Shown here in pieces: positions 53,472 to 61,595 of a stretch of DNA of 64,000 nucleotides; within the stretch, counting starts at the first letter, position 1; each line of letters opens with the position of its first letter. The translations under genes and the position numbers were made by a program. This DNA comes from an uncultured Hyphomicrobiaceae bacterium (GTDB lineage: Bacteria > Pseudomonadota > Alphaproteobacteria > Rhizobiales > Hyphomicrobiaceae). A model generated the notes under the pieces. The model was not told the DNA's origin. It was given only the letters and a program-made list of their open reading frames with translations, and searched no databases. The stretch is from contig CAZLHQ010000001.1 in the NCBI GenBank assembly GCA_964559355.1, forward strand, positions 52,553-116,552. The letters are read 5' to 3'.

Positions 53472-54887
53472 GTGACGGCTCCCTTCGATGAAATGAATGG
53501 AATGGGTCAGGAGACCCGCACGCCTTATCAGTCGATAGCGCAGTGGCTCGGCGCGCAAAAGCTCGACGATCTAAGGCGCAAGGGGATCGAGGCCGAAACG
53601 ATATTTCGGCGCATCGGCATCACCTTCAACGTCTACGGCGAGAAGGAAGCGGCAGAGCGCCTCATCCCCTTCGACATCATCCCACGCGTGTTGAGCGCTG
53701 CCGAGTGGCGCCGCTTGTCGGTGGGAATCGAGCAGCGCGTGCGCGCTCTGAATGCCTTCATGCACGACATCTACCACCGCCAGGAGATTCTGAAGGCCGG
53801 GCGCATCCCGCCCGAGTTGATCCTCCAGAACTCCGCGTTCGTGCCCGAGATGGTCGGGGTCGACCCGCCGCGCGGCATCTATTCCCATATCATCGGCATC
53901 GACCTCGTGCGCACCGGCGAGGACGACTTCTATGTGCTGGAAGACAACACGCGCACACCCTCCGGCGTCTCCTACATGCTGGAGAACCGCGAGACGATGA
54001 TGCACACCTTCCCCGAGCTGTTCGAGAAGAACAACGTCGCCCCAGTGGAAGATTACACCGACAGTCTGTTGCAGACGCTCGCTTCAGTGGCCCCGCACGG
54101 CGGGGATCGCGATCCGACAATCGTGGTGCTGACGCCCGGCATCTACAATAGCGCCTATTTCGAGCACTCGTTTCTCGCCGACGAGATGGGCGTGGAGCTG
54201 GTGGAAGGGCAGGATCTCGTCGTTGTCGATGGCTATCTCAACATGAAGACGACGCGTGGCCTGCGCCGTGTCGACGTCGTCTATCGCCGTCTCGATGACG
54301 ATTTTCTCGATCCCATGGTGTTCAACCCCACCTCGATGCTGGGCGTGCCGGGAATTTTCGATGTCTATCGCGCGGGCCGCGTGACGATCGTCAATGCTCC
54401 CGGCGCTGGCATCGCCGACGACAAGGCGATCTATAACTACATCCCGGAGATCGTGCGCTTCTACATGGGGCGCGAGCCGATCCTCAAGAACGTGCCGACC
54501 TACAATTGTCGCGAGGCCGACGACCTCGGCTACGTTCTCGATCATCTCGATGAGCTGGTGGTGAAGGAGGTGCACGGTTCGGGCGGCTACGGCATGCTCG
54601 TCGGCCCCGCCTCCACACGCGAGCAGATCGAGACGTTCCGCAGCAAGCTCAAGGCGCGGCCCGACAACTATATCGCCCAGCCGACGTTGGCGCTCTCCAC
54701 CTGCCCGACGCTTTGCGACAAGGGCATCGGCGGCCGCCATGTCGATCTGCGGCCGTTCGTGCTGGTGGGTGACAAGGTGCGGCTGACGCCGGGCGGGCTC
54801 ACACGAGTGGCGCTGAAGGAAGGCTCCCTCGTCGTCAATTCCAGCCAGGGCGGCGGCACAAAGGATACCTGGGTGCTCGAAGACTGA
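53472..54887 (+). CDS. Circularly permuted type-2 ATP-grasp protein (DUF404/DUF407 family)
   Basis: The FDEM N-terminal motif and the conserved body (YVLEDNTRTPSGVSYMLENR, VVLTPG..NSAYFEH, NAPGAGIADDKAIY, QGGGTKDTWVL). GTG 53472 preceded by GAGGAA is preferred over TTG 53436. Confidence 0.8.
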   Translation: MTAPFDEMNGMGQETRTPYQSIAQWLGAQKLDDLRRKGIEAETIFRRIGITFNVYGEKEAAERLIPFDIIPRVLSAAEWRRLSVGIEQRVRALNAFMHDIYHRQEILKAGRIPPELILQNSAFVPEMVGVDPPRGIYSHIIGIDLVRTGEDDFYVLEDNTRTPSGVSYMLENRETMMHTFPELFEKNNVAPVEDYTDSLLQTLASVAPHGGDRDPTIVVLTPGIYNSAYFEHSFLADEMGVELVEGQDLVVVDGYLNMKTTRGLRRVDVVYRRLDDDFLDPMVFNPTSMLGVPGIFDVYRAGRVTIVNAPGAGIADDKAIYNYIPEIVRFYMGREPILKNVPTYNCREADDLGYVLDHLDELVVKEVHGSGGYGMLVGPASTREQIETFRSKLKARPDNYIAQPTLALSTCPTLCDKGIGGRHVDLRPFVLVGDKVRLTPGGLTRVALKEGSLVVNSSQGGGTKDTWVLED

Positions 54888-54925
54888 GTGCGCGACGAGG
54901 AACCAGTAGGCAGGAATTCATCACC

Positions 54926-55870
54926 ATGCTTGGACGTACTGCGCACGATCTGTTTTGGCTTTCACGCTATATCGAACGTGCCGAAAACATGGCGCGCCTG
55001 GTCGATGTCGGCTACCGCATCGGGCTCATTCCGCGTGGCAGCCGCAATGGCGAGTGGGGCTCGACGTTGAAGAGCGCTGGTTGCGAGGCGGGCTATTTCG
55101 CCAAGTATGACTCCCTGGAAGCGCGCCACGTCATCAACTATCTGCTGGTTGATCCCGCGAACCCTTCGAGCGTGCGCTCGTGTCTGGCAACCGCGCGCCA
55201 CAATGGACGGGCGCAGCGCACCGCCATCACCAGCGATATGTGGGAGGCGCTGAACCAGACCTATCTCGATTTCTCGCGGCTTGATCCCGGCGGTATCAGC
55301 ATCAACGCACTTCCAGACCTGCTGTTATGGATCAAGCAGCGCTCGGCCTTGTTTCGTGGCGCGCTGCTCAACACCGTGCTGCGGCGTGACGGTTACTATT
55401 TCTCGCAGATGGGAACCTTCATCGAGCGCGCCGACAACACCGCGCGCATTCTCGATGTCAAGTATTACCTGCTGCTGCCGCAGAACGAGATCGTCGGCGG
55501 CGGCATCGACACCTATCAATGGTCGGCAATCCTGCGCTCGGTATCGGCTCACCGCAGCTACAAGTGGACCTACAAGGAAAGCTACAAGCCCTGGCGCATC
55601 GCCGAATACATGATCTTGAACCCTCACATGCCGCGCTCGCTGCGCAACTGCTATGGCGAGCTCGGCGACGCGCTGACCGAGCTCGGACACGACTATGGAC
55701 AGACGCATGCCTGCCACGAGGTTTCGAGGGAGGGCTTGCGCCTGCTCGAGAGCAGCAACGTGGCGACGATCTTCCAGTCCGGCCTGCATGAGTTCCTGGT
55801 CGACTTCCTGGGACGCAACAATCGGCTCGGCTGCGAGATTTCCCGCGCCTACAACTTCAGCGACATCTGA
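54926..55870 (+). CDS. Alpha-E domain protein (DUF403)
   Basis: MLGRTAHDLFWLSRYIERAENMARLVDV, FIERADNTARILDVKY, RSVSAHRSY. Confidence 0.8.
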   Translation: MLGRTAHDLFWLSRYIERAENMARLVDVGYRIGLIPRGSRNGEWGSTLKSAGCEAGYFAKYDSLEARHVINYLLVDPANPSSVRSCLATARHNGRAQRTAITSDMWEALNQTYLDFSRLDPGGISINALPDLLLWIKQRSALFRGALLNTVLRRDGYYFSQMGTFIERADNTARILDVKYYLLLPQNEIVGGGIDTYQWSAILRSVSAHRSYKWTYKESYKPWRIAEYMILNPHMPRSLRNCYGELGDALTELGHDYGQTHACHEVSREGLRLLESSNVATIFQSGLHEFLVDFLGRNNRLGCEISRAYNFSDI

Positions 55871-55897
55871 TCGGAGCGACCGGGAGGGACCAACGAA

Positions 55898-56749
55898 ATG
55901 CTCATCTCCGTCCAGCACCGCACACACTACGTCTACGATGTGGAGGCGCGTTACGCGATTCAGAGCCTGCGATTGGCCCCGCTTTCCTATATGGGGCAGC
56001 GCGTGCTTGAATGGTCGGTATCGTGTCCGGGCAGCGACAATACCCTGCGCTTCAGGGATTGCTACGGCAACAACATGCTGCAGGTGACGACGTTGGCGCC
56101 GCACACCGAGATCACGATCGAGGTCAAGGGTCTCGTGGAAACGGACGACAAGGCGGGCATGGTCGTCGGTCTGGCCGAGGTGACACCGACGCGCGTCTTC
56201 CAGCGTGTCACACCGCAGACCGAGGCCGATGCAGCCATTCGCGATCTGGCTTTGACGAGCTCGGGTAACGATATCATCTCGCGTTTACATCACCTGATGG
56301 ACTTGGTGCGCAACGCGGTCGACTACGAGCCGGGTGCCACGCATGCCCACACGTCGGCCGCTGAAGCGCTGGGTGATGGCAAGGGCGTATGCCAGGATCA
56401 CGCGCACATCATGATTGCGGCGGCCCGCGCGCTGGGGTTACCTGCAAGGTATGTCACTGGCTATTTGCTCGGGGAAGCAGAAGCCGGGCATGCCTGGGCG
56501 GAAATCCACGTCGAGCGGCTTGGTTGGGTCGGTTTTGATCCAACCAATCGCATCTGCCCGACCGATCACTATGTTCGCGTTGCCTGCGGCCTCGATGCGC
56601 TTTCGGCAACTCCGATCAGGGGCATCCGTCGTGGCGGCGGCAGCCAGGCGATGAAGGTGGACGTCGAGGTTGTTCGCCAGCAGCAGTCTCAATCGCAATC
56701 GCAGTTCCAGTCAGATTCACAACAATGCCAGGCGCAGCAGCAGTCATAA
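55898..56749 (+). CDS. Transglutaminase-like cysteine peptidase superfamily protein with a Gln/Ser-rich C-terminal tail
   Basis: Bact_transglu_N-like N-terminus (HRTHYVYD). Catalytic-triad-type motifs GKGVCQDHAH, GHAWAE and GFDPTN. The tail is RQQQSQSQSQFQSDSQQCQAQQQS. Confidence 0.8.
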   Translation: MLISVQHRTHYVYDVEARYAIQSLRLAPLSYMGQRVLEWSVSCPGSDNTLRFRDCYGNNMLQVTTLAPHTEITIEVKGLVETDDKAGMVVGLAEVTPTRVFQRVTPQTEADAAIRDLALTSSGNDIISRLHHLMDLVRNAVDYEPGATHAHTSAAEALGDGKGVCQDHAHIMIAAARALGLPARYVTGYLLGEAEAGHAWAEIHVERLGWVGFDPTNRICPTDHYVRVACGLDALSATPIRGIRRGGGSQAMKVDVEVVRQQQSQSQSQFQSDSQQCQAQQQS

Positions 56750-56788
56750 TGAAGGTTGGCGCACGGACCTGCTGCGGCTCCTTGCGCG

Positions 56789-57220
56789 TTACCTTTTCTC
56801 GCGTGCGAAAACGCCAAACCGCATGCCGAGGTAGCTCACACACATGGAAACAATCGTCGCTCCGACAAGGGCTGCGAGTGGCGGCGTGTTCGCACGCGCA
56901 ATCAAGATCAGCGCATATATGGCGTAGTTGATGGCGGCAGCTGACCATGCCACGGCCGCGTATCTCAGAAATTCGCTCAGCGAAGGCGGCTTCCCAACCG
57001 CAAATGTGAGCCGCCGATGCGCAAGCCAGCCCACGATCATCGCGATGCCGATTGCAAGCACGCGCGCGCTGAACGGGTCGAGGCCGACAAATCGCGTCAG
57101 CAGATGAAGCATTACCGCGTCGATCGAGAACGCAATGAGGCCCGAAGCGAGAAAACCGGCGCTATGGCGGGCGAGTGATCGCGGAACCTCGCCCTGCGGT
57201 GGTGGAACATTCATGCTCAT
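56789..57220 (-). CDS. GtrA-family small membrane protein (candidate polyprenyl-phosphate-sugar flippase component)
   Basis: FLASGLIAFSIDAVMLHLLTRFVGLDPFSARVLAIGIAMIVGWLAHRRLTF, four TM helices. ATG 57220 overlaps the upstream stop (ATGA). Confidence 0.75.
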   Translation of the reverse strand: MSMNVPPPQGEVPRSLARHSAGFLASGLIAFSIDAVMLHLLTRFVGLDPFSARVLAIGIAMIVGWLAHRRLTFAVGKPPSLSEFLRYAAVAWSAAAINYAIYALILIARANTPPLAALVGATIVSMCVSYLGMRFGVFAREKR

Positions 57221-58122
57221 GAGAGACCTTCGCGCACAGCTGTCCAATCGATTGCCGGGCCACTCGGGGAGCGCTGTGGATGCCACATGCTTGCGGTCAA
57301 GGCGTTGTCGCGTAGAAGCACGGCGAGCTCGGCAGCGCGGCGGTCGAGAATTGGGTCGAGCGCGGCCAGCTCGGCGGTCGGAATGCCGGGATGACACATG
57401 ACGAGGTGCAACCGGCCGGGTGCGCGCGCGGCGGCATCGAAATCGGCGCTGACGTCGGCGGCTCCTGCCGCAAAGCTGGTGACGCCGGCAAAAGTGTCGT
57501 TGGTCGGAAATCCTGCTTTGCGAACAACGCTGGCGAAACCCGCACTCAATGCAGAAAGCGTGATTGCCTTGCCCGCCGCCATGCCGCGGCTCAAGTGTGC
57601 TCGCACACGATCAGACGGTATACGCACGAGCGGCCTCACAGCGGAATTTGCAAAGTTAGCCAGCAATGAGCTTCGCAAAGCGCTGCGTATGACGGGGAGA
57701 GCGTGCGCGTGCTGATGCCCATCAATGAAATCGGGCAAATAGCCGGTGGCATCTGCGAAGGCGTCGATCTGACGTGTGATCTCGGCAGAAATCTCTTCGC
57801 GGTCGAGCTGCCGCGACAGCGCTCTGTTGACGAGTGTGCCAATGGGAGGCAGCCCGCCTGCGGGCGCCAGTGTCGGCATGGCGCCGAGCGGCTCCCCGAG
57901 CGTCAGATTGATGTGCAGGCCAATTGCGATATCGCCACGTAGTGCGGCAAGCCGCGGGCCATCGTTGCGCCAGCGCGGCAGCGTGACGATGGCGCTGGTG
58001 CCCGAGATGCGGCGTTGGCTTGCCAGCTGCTCGATACCTGACGACACGCCGTCGGAGATTGCGAAATCATCGGCCACGAGCACGATCGCAGCCGCATCCA
58101 TCTTGGGATGGCGCGCCGTCAT
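57217..58122 (-). CDS. YdjC-superfamily (ChbG/HpnK/NaxD-like) carbohydrate deacetylase
   Basis: LVADDFAISDGVSSGI and FIDGHQHAHALP. ATG 58122 overlaps the GT2 stop (ATGA). The track's N-terminal 118 aa is an out-of-frame overlap with the GT2 gene. Confidence 0.8.
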   Translation of the reverse strand: MTARHPKMDAAAIVLVADDFAISDGVSSGIEQLASQRRISGTSAIVTLPRWRNDGPRLAALRGDIAIGLHINLTLGEPLGAMPTLAPAGGLPPIGTLVNRALSRQLDREEISAEITRQIDAFADATGYLPDFIDGHQHAHALPVIRSALRSSLLANFANSAVRPLVRIPSDRVRAHLSRGMAAGKAITLSALSAGFASVVRKAGFPTNDTFAGVTSFAAGAADVSADFDAAARAPGRLHLVMCHPGIPTAELAALDPILDRRAAELAVLLRDNALTASMWHPQRSPSGPAIDWTAVREGLS

Positions 58123-59153
58123 GCGGGATGCCGGCCGGTGGGGACGGCATCGCTGCTGCGGCGGATATCGCCGGTGACCGGTTCCAGTCCGACCGCCTCG
58201 CCGACGATGAACAGCGGGCGCGCCTTGACCTCCTCGTAGACCCGGCCGAGATATTCGCCGATCACGCCGAGCGAGATCAGCTGCACGCCGCCCAGGAACA
58301 AGATCGACACCATCAGCGTCGGGTAGCCGCGCACGGAATTGCCATACAACATGGTGTCGACGATGATGTAGAGGCCGAAGGCCAGCGCCAGCAGCGAGAT
58401 GGCAAGGCCGAGGTAGGACCAGATCCGCAGCGGAATAGTGGTGAACGAGGCGAGCCCATCGAGGGCAAAGTGCCATAGCTGTCTCGGCCGCCAGCGCGAC
58501 TTGCCGACGTCTGGCCGCTCGGGAACGTCAAAGGGTACGCCGATCGACTTGAAGCCGATCCACGCATATAGCCCTTTGTTGAAGCGGGCGCGCTCGCCGA
58601 GCCGATTGAGGGCGGCAACTGCGCTCCGGCTCAGCAAGCGGAAGTCGCCCGCGTTCTCGTGCAGCCGCGTTCCCGAGAGCATCCGGAACGTGCGGTAGAA
58701 GATGCGCGCCAGAAATCGCCGCGTCGGGCTGTCGGCATCGCGGTCGAAGCGCTGCGCGTAGACGACGTCGTAGCCGTTGCGCCACTGCGCAACCAGCTTG
58801 GGGATCAACTCGGGCGGATGCTGCAGATCGCCGTCCATGATCACAACAGCGTCGCCGCTGGCGTGGCGCAAGCCGGCGGCCACGGCAATCTCCTTGCCGA
58901 AATTGCGCGACAGCGACAGGGCCTTGATGCGCGCATTGCTTGCGTGGCGTTGTTTGAGGATTTCCAGTGTATCGTCAACCGAGCCGTCATCAATGGCAAT
59001 GATCTCGAAGTCGAGGTCGGTCGATTCGAGCGCTGGCAGCAGGCGGGCGAGCAGCGCGTCGATGCCACGCGCCTCGTTCAGCATGGGTACGATCACGCTG
59101 AGGCGCTGCGCGGAATGCGGGCCTGTCGATGGTTCTTCTGAAACACGGGTCAC
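58119..59153 (-). CDS. Polyprenyl-phosphate glycosyltransferase, GT2 (ArnC/GtrB/LgmA-like)
   Basis: LSVIVPMLNEARGIDALL, IIAIDDGSVDDT, VVIMDGDLQHPPE and two C-terminal TM helices. Confidence 0.85.
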   Translation of the reverse strand: MTRVSEEPSTGPHSAQRLSVIVPMLNEARGIDALLARLLPALESTDLDFEIIAIDDGSVDDTLEILKQRHASNARIKALSLSRNFGKEIAVAAGLRHASGDAVVIMDGDLQHPPELIPKLVAQWRNGYDVVYAQRFDRDADSPTRRFLARIFYRTFRMLSGTRLHENAGDFRLLSRSAVAALNRLGERARFNKGLYAWIGFKSIGVPFDVPERPDVGKSRWRPRQLWHFALDGLASFTTIPLRIWSYLGLAISLLALAFGLYIIVDTMLYGNSVRGYPTLMVSILFLGGVQLISLGVIGEYLGRVYEEVKARPLFIVGEAVGLEPVTGDIRRSSDAVPTGRHPA

Positions 59154-59462
59154 GGATCACTCCACCGCGTGCCCGCGCTCGCAGCCCAGGCTCCACGTTG
59201 AACAAGAAGGTCACACGTTCCGATACTCTTTCTGCTTGCCATGCGTCCAGGGCGGAAATAGGGGTTCGTCAATAAGCTGCGCGGCGGGCCGCACTGCAGG
59301 ATGAAACGGCGGCCAATATCAGCTTTCCACAGTAGAGCATTTCAAAATCAAGGTTATTACTCCGCAGAGGTGTTAGTAGGGCGTCGCATGCTGTTGGGGG
59401 GCGGACGGCGAGCGGGCGCTGGATCGTGGGGCACAAGACCGTTGGACACGAGGGAGTGAGAC

Positions 59463-60773
59463 GTGAACATCTGCATGATTGGCGCCGGCTATGTCGGCTT
59501 GGTTTCGGCTGCATGCTTCTCGGAATTCGGCTGGACGGTAACGTGCGTCGACAAGGATCCGCAGCGTCTCGCCATGCTGAACGAGGGCCATTCGCCGATC
59601 TATGAGCCGGGTCTCGACGACATCATCGCACGCAACAAGCGCGCCGGGCGCTTGACGTTTTCGGGTGAACTTGCGGCGGCGGTCAAGGCGGCCGACATCG
59701 TTTTTCTGGCGGTCGGCACACCGATGCGCCGCGGTGATGGCTACGCCGATCTCTCTTATGTCTACGCCGCCGTGGAGGAAATTGCGCCGCATCTCGATGG
59801 CTTCACGGTCATCACCACCAAATCGACCGTTCCGGTCGGCACCAGCCGCGAGATCGAGCGGCGGCTGAAGGCGATCCGGCCGGATGCCGACTATGCGGTT
59901 TGCTCCAATCCCGAGTTTTTGCGCGAAGGTTCCGCAATCCAGGATTTCACGCATCCCGATCGGGTGCTGGTCGGCACCGACAGCCGGCGCGCCAAGGAGG
60001 TGATGGAGCGGCTCTATAAACCGCTGTCACTGCGCAATGCGCCGGTCATCTTCGTGTCGCGCGAATCGGCGGAACTCGCGAAATATGCGGCGAATGCGTT
60101 TCTCGCGCTCAAGATCAGCTTCATCAACGAAATTGCCGATCTTTGCGAGGAAGTGGGCGCCGACGTGCAGGAGGTGGCCAATGCGATCGGCAAGGACCGG
60201 CGTATCGGCGACAAGTTCCTGCATCCGGGGCCGGGCTTCGGTGGCTCGTGCTTCCCCAAGGACGTTTCGGCGTTGATCCGCACGGCGCGCGAGACCAAAA
60301 CTCCGCTGTCGATCATCGAGCAAGTGCAGCGCGTCAACGATGAACGCAAGATCGCCATGGCGAGCCGCATCGAGCACGCGGCCGACGGCACGTTACGCGA
60401 CAAGACGGTCGCGGTGCTCGGCGTCACGTTCAAGCCCAACACCGACGATATGCGCGATGCGCCGAGCCTTGTCATCGTGCCGATGCTGCAGGAACGCGAG
60501 GCGATCGTGCGTGTGTGTGATCCGGAAGGACGCAAGCAGGCCGAGCCGCTGCTGCCGGGCGTCACCTGGTGCGCGAACGCCATGGAAGCGGCCGAGGGTG
60601 CCGACGTTCTGGTCGTGCTGACGGAATGGAACGAGTATCGTGCGCTCGGTCTCGCAGCCGTCAAAGCCCGCATGCGCGGTGACGTGCTGGTCGATCTGCG
60701 CAACATATTTCAGCCGAAAGCGGCCGCAGATGCGGGGTTGCGTTACACGGGCGTCGGCCGCGGCAACGCCTGA
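59463..60773 (+). CDS. ugd: UDP-glucose 6-dehydrogenase
   Basis: MNICMIGAGYVGLV, NPEFLREGSA, GFGGSCFPKD and TEWNEY. GTG start. Confidence 0.93.
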   Translation: MNICMIGAGYVGLVSAACFSEFGWTVTCVDKDPQRLAMLNEGHSPIYEPGLDDIIARNKRAGRLTFSGELAAAVKAADIVFLAVGTPMRRGDGYADLSYVYAAVEEIAPHLDGFTVITTKSTVPVGTSREIERRLKAIRPDADYAVCSNPEFLREGSAIQDFTHPDRVLVGTDSRRAKEVMERLYKPLSLRNAPVIFVSRESAELAKYAANAFLALKISFINEIADLCEEVGADVQEVANAIGKDRRIGDKFLHPGPGFGGSCFPKDVSALIRTARETKTPLSIIEQVQRVNDERKIAMASRIEHAADGTLRDKTVAVLGVTFKPNTDDMRDAPSLVIVPMLQEREAIVRVCDPEGRKQAEPLLPGVTWCANAMEAAEGADVLVVLTEWNEYRALGLAAVKARMRGDVLVDLRNIFQPKAAADAGLRYTGVGRGNA

Positions 60774-60794
60774 TCGGCAGCCGCCCGCACTGCC

Positions 60795-61349
60795 TCAGGC
60801 CTTTTTGGCGGCAGCGTCGGCGACGCCGAGCTCGACCACCTTTTCCTGGCCGTTGGTGTCGCGCACGCGGATCTTTGCCTTCGTTCCTTTGAACTTGGCC
60901 TTGACCAGCTGTTCGAGGAGCGAGGTGAGGGCACGCCGGTCGCCGGCCGCGACGACAACCCACGGAATCGAGCCGCTGCGCCAATCCTTGGGATCCAGGC
61001 GTGGGCTCGGCGTGCCGACATCGGACAGTCGCTTGTCGACCTCGTCGGAAACCATCGCCCATAACACGATCGCCACCGGCGCGACGATGCCGGTTTCGGC
61101 GTGATGACCCTCGGCGATGGCAAACTGATCGGCGGCGAGCGGCGGCCCGACCAGCCATTCCAGGTCGCCGATCGTGGCGTTGCGGAAGTCTGGCGCGCGC
61201 ATCAACACCGAAACGATGCCGCCGAGCCCCGCGGCAATGGCGCGCGAGCGGGCGACAGCGTCCTTGGAGGGCTTGCCGCCCGATTTGCTTGCGCCGGTCG
61301 CTAGCGGGGGCAGCGTCTTGCCTGCGTCGCGGGGCGGGGAATTGGTCAT
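60795..61349 (-). CDS. HlyC/CyaC-family (RTX toxin-activating lysine-acyltransferase-like) protein, orphan and possibly catalytically divergent
   Basis: GGIVSVLMRAPDFRNATIGDLEWLVGPPLAADQF..VAIVLWAMVSDEVDKRL..DWRSGSIPWVVVAAGD is colinear by eye with HlyC (LGHVSWLWASSPLHRNWPV..AYCSWANLS..DWTSGDRKWFIDWIAPFGD). Only the 3' third of the 611-aa track ORF is taken. Confidence 0.55.
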   Translation of the reverse strand: MTNSPPRDAGKTLPPLATGASKSGGKPSKDAVARSRAIAAGLGGIVSVLMRAPDFRNATIGDLEWLVGPPLAADQFAIAEGHHAETGIVAPVAIVLWAMVSDEVDKRLSDVGTPSPRLDPKDWRSGSIPWVVVAAGDRRALTSLLEQLVKAKFKGTKAKIRVRDTNGQEKVVELGVADAAAKKA

Positions 61350-61595
61350 CTTGGAGGTTCCATGCGAAAGGGGGGGGCCGACGGTGGTTCGCACCGCATG
61401 CTGGCGCCCGGTGAAGGGAGGCACGATATCGGCAACGCGATCAAAAGCAAATCGCTTGCGCATGCCGTTGAATGTCAAATGATGGTTCATGTGAAATATC
61501 TGGTGCATGACTGCTCTTGCGACGGCTACAGCCGCGAGGAGCCGACGCGCTATTGGGGCCGCGAAACTGGGCGACTTGGGGTGAGAGACGGGTTG

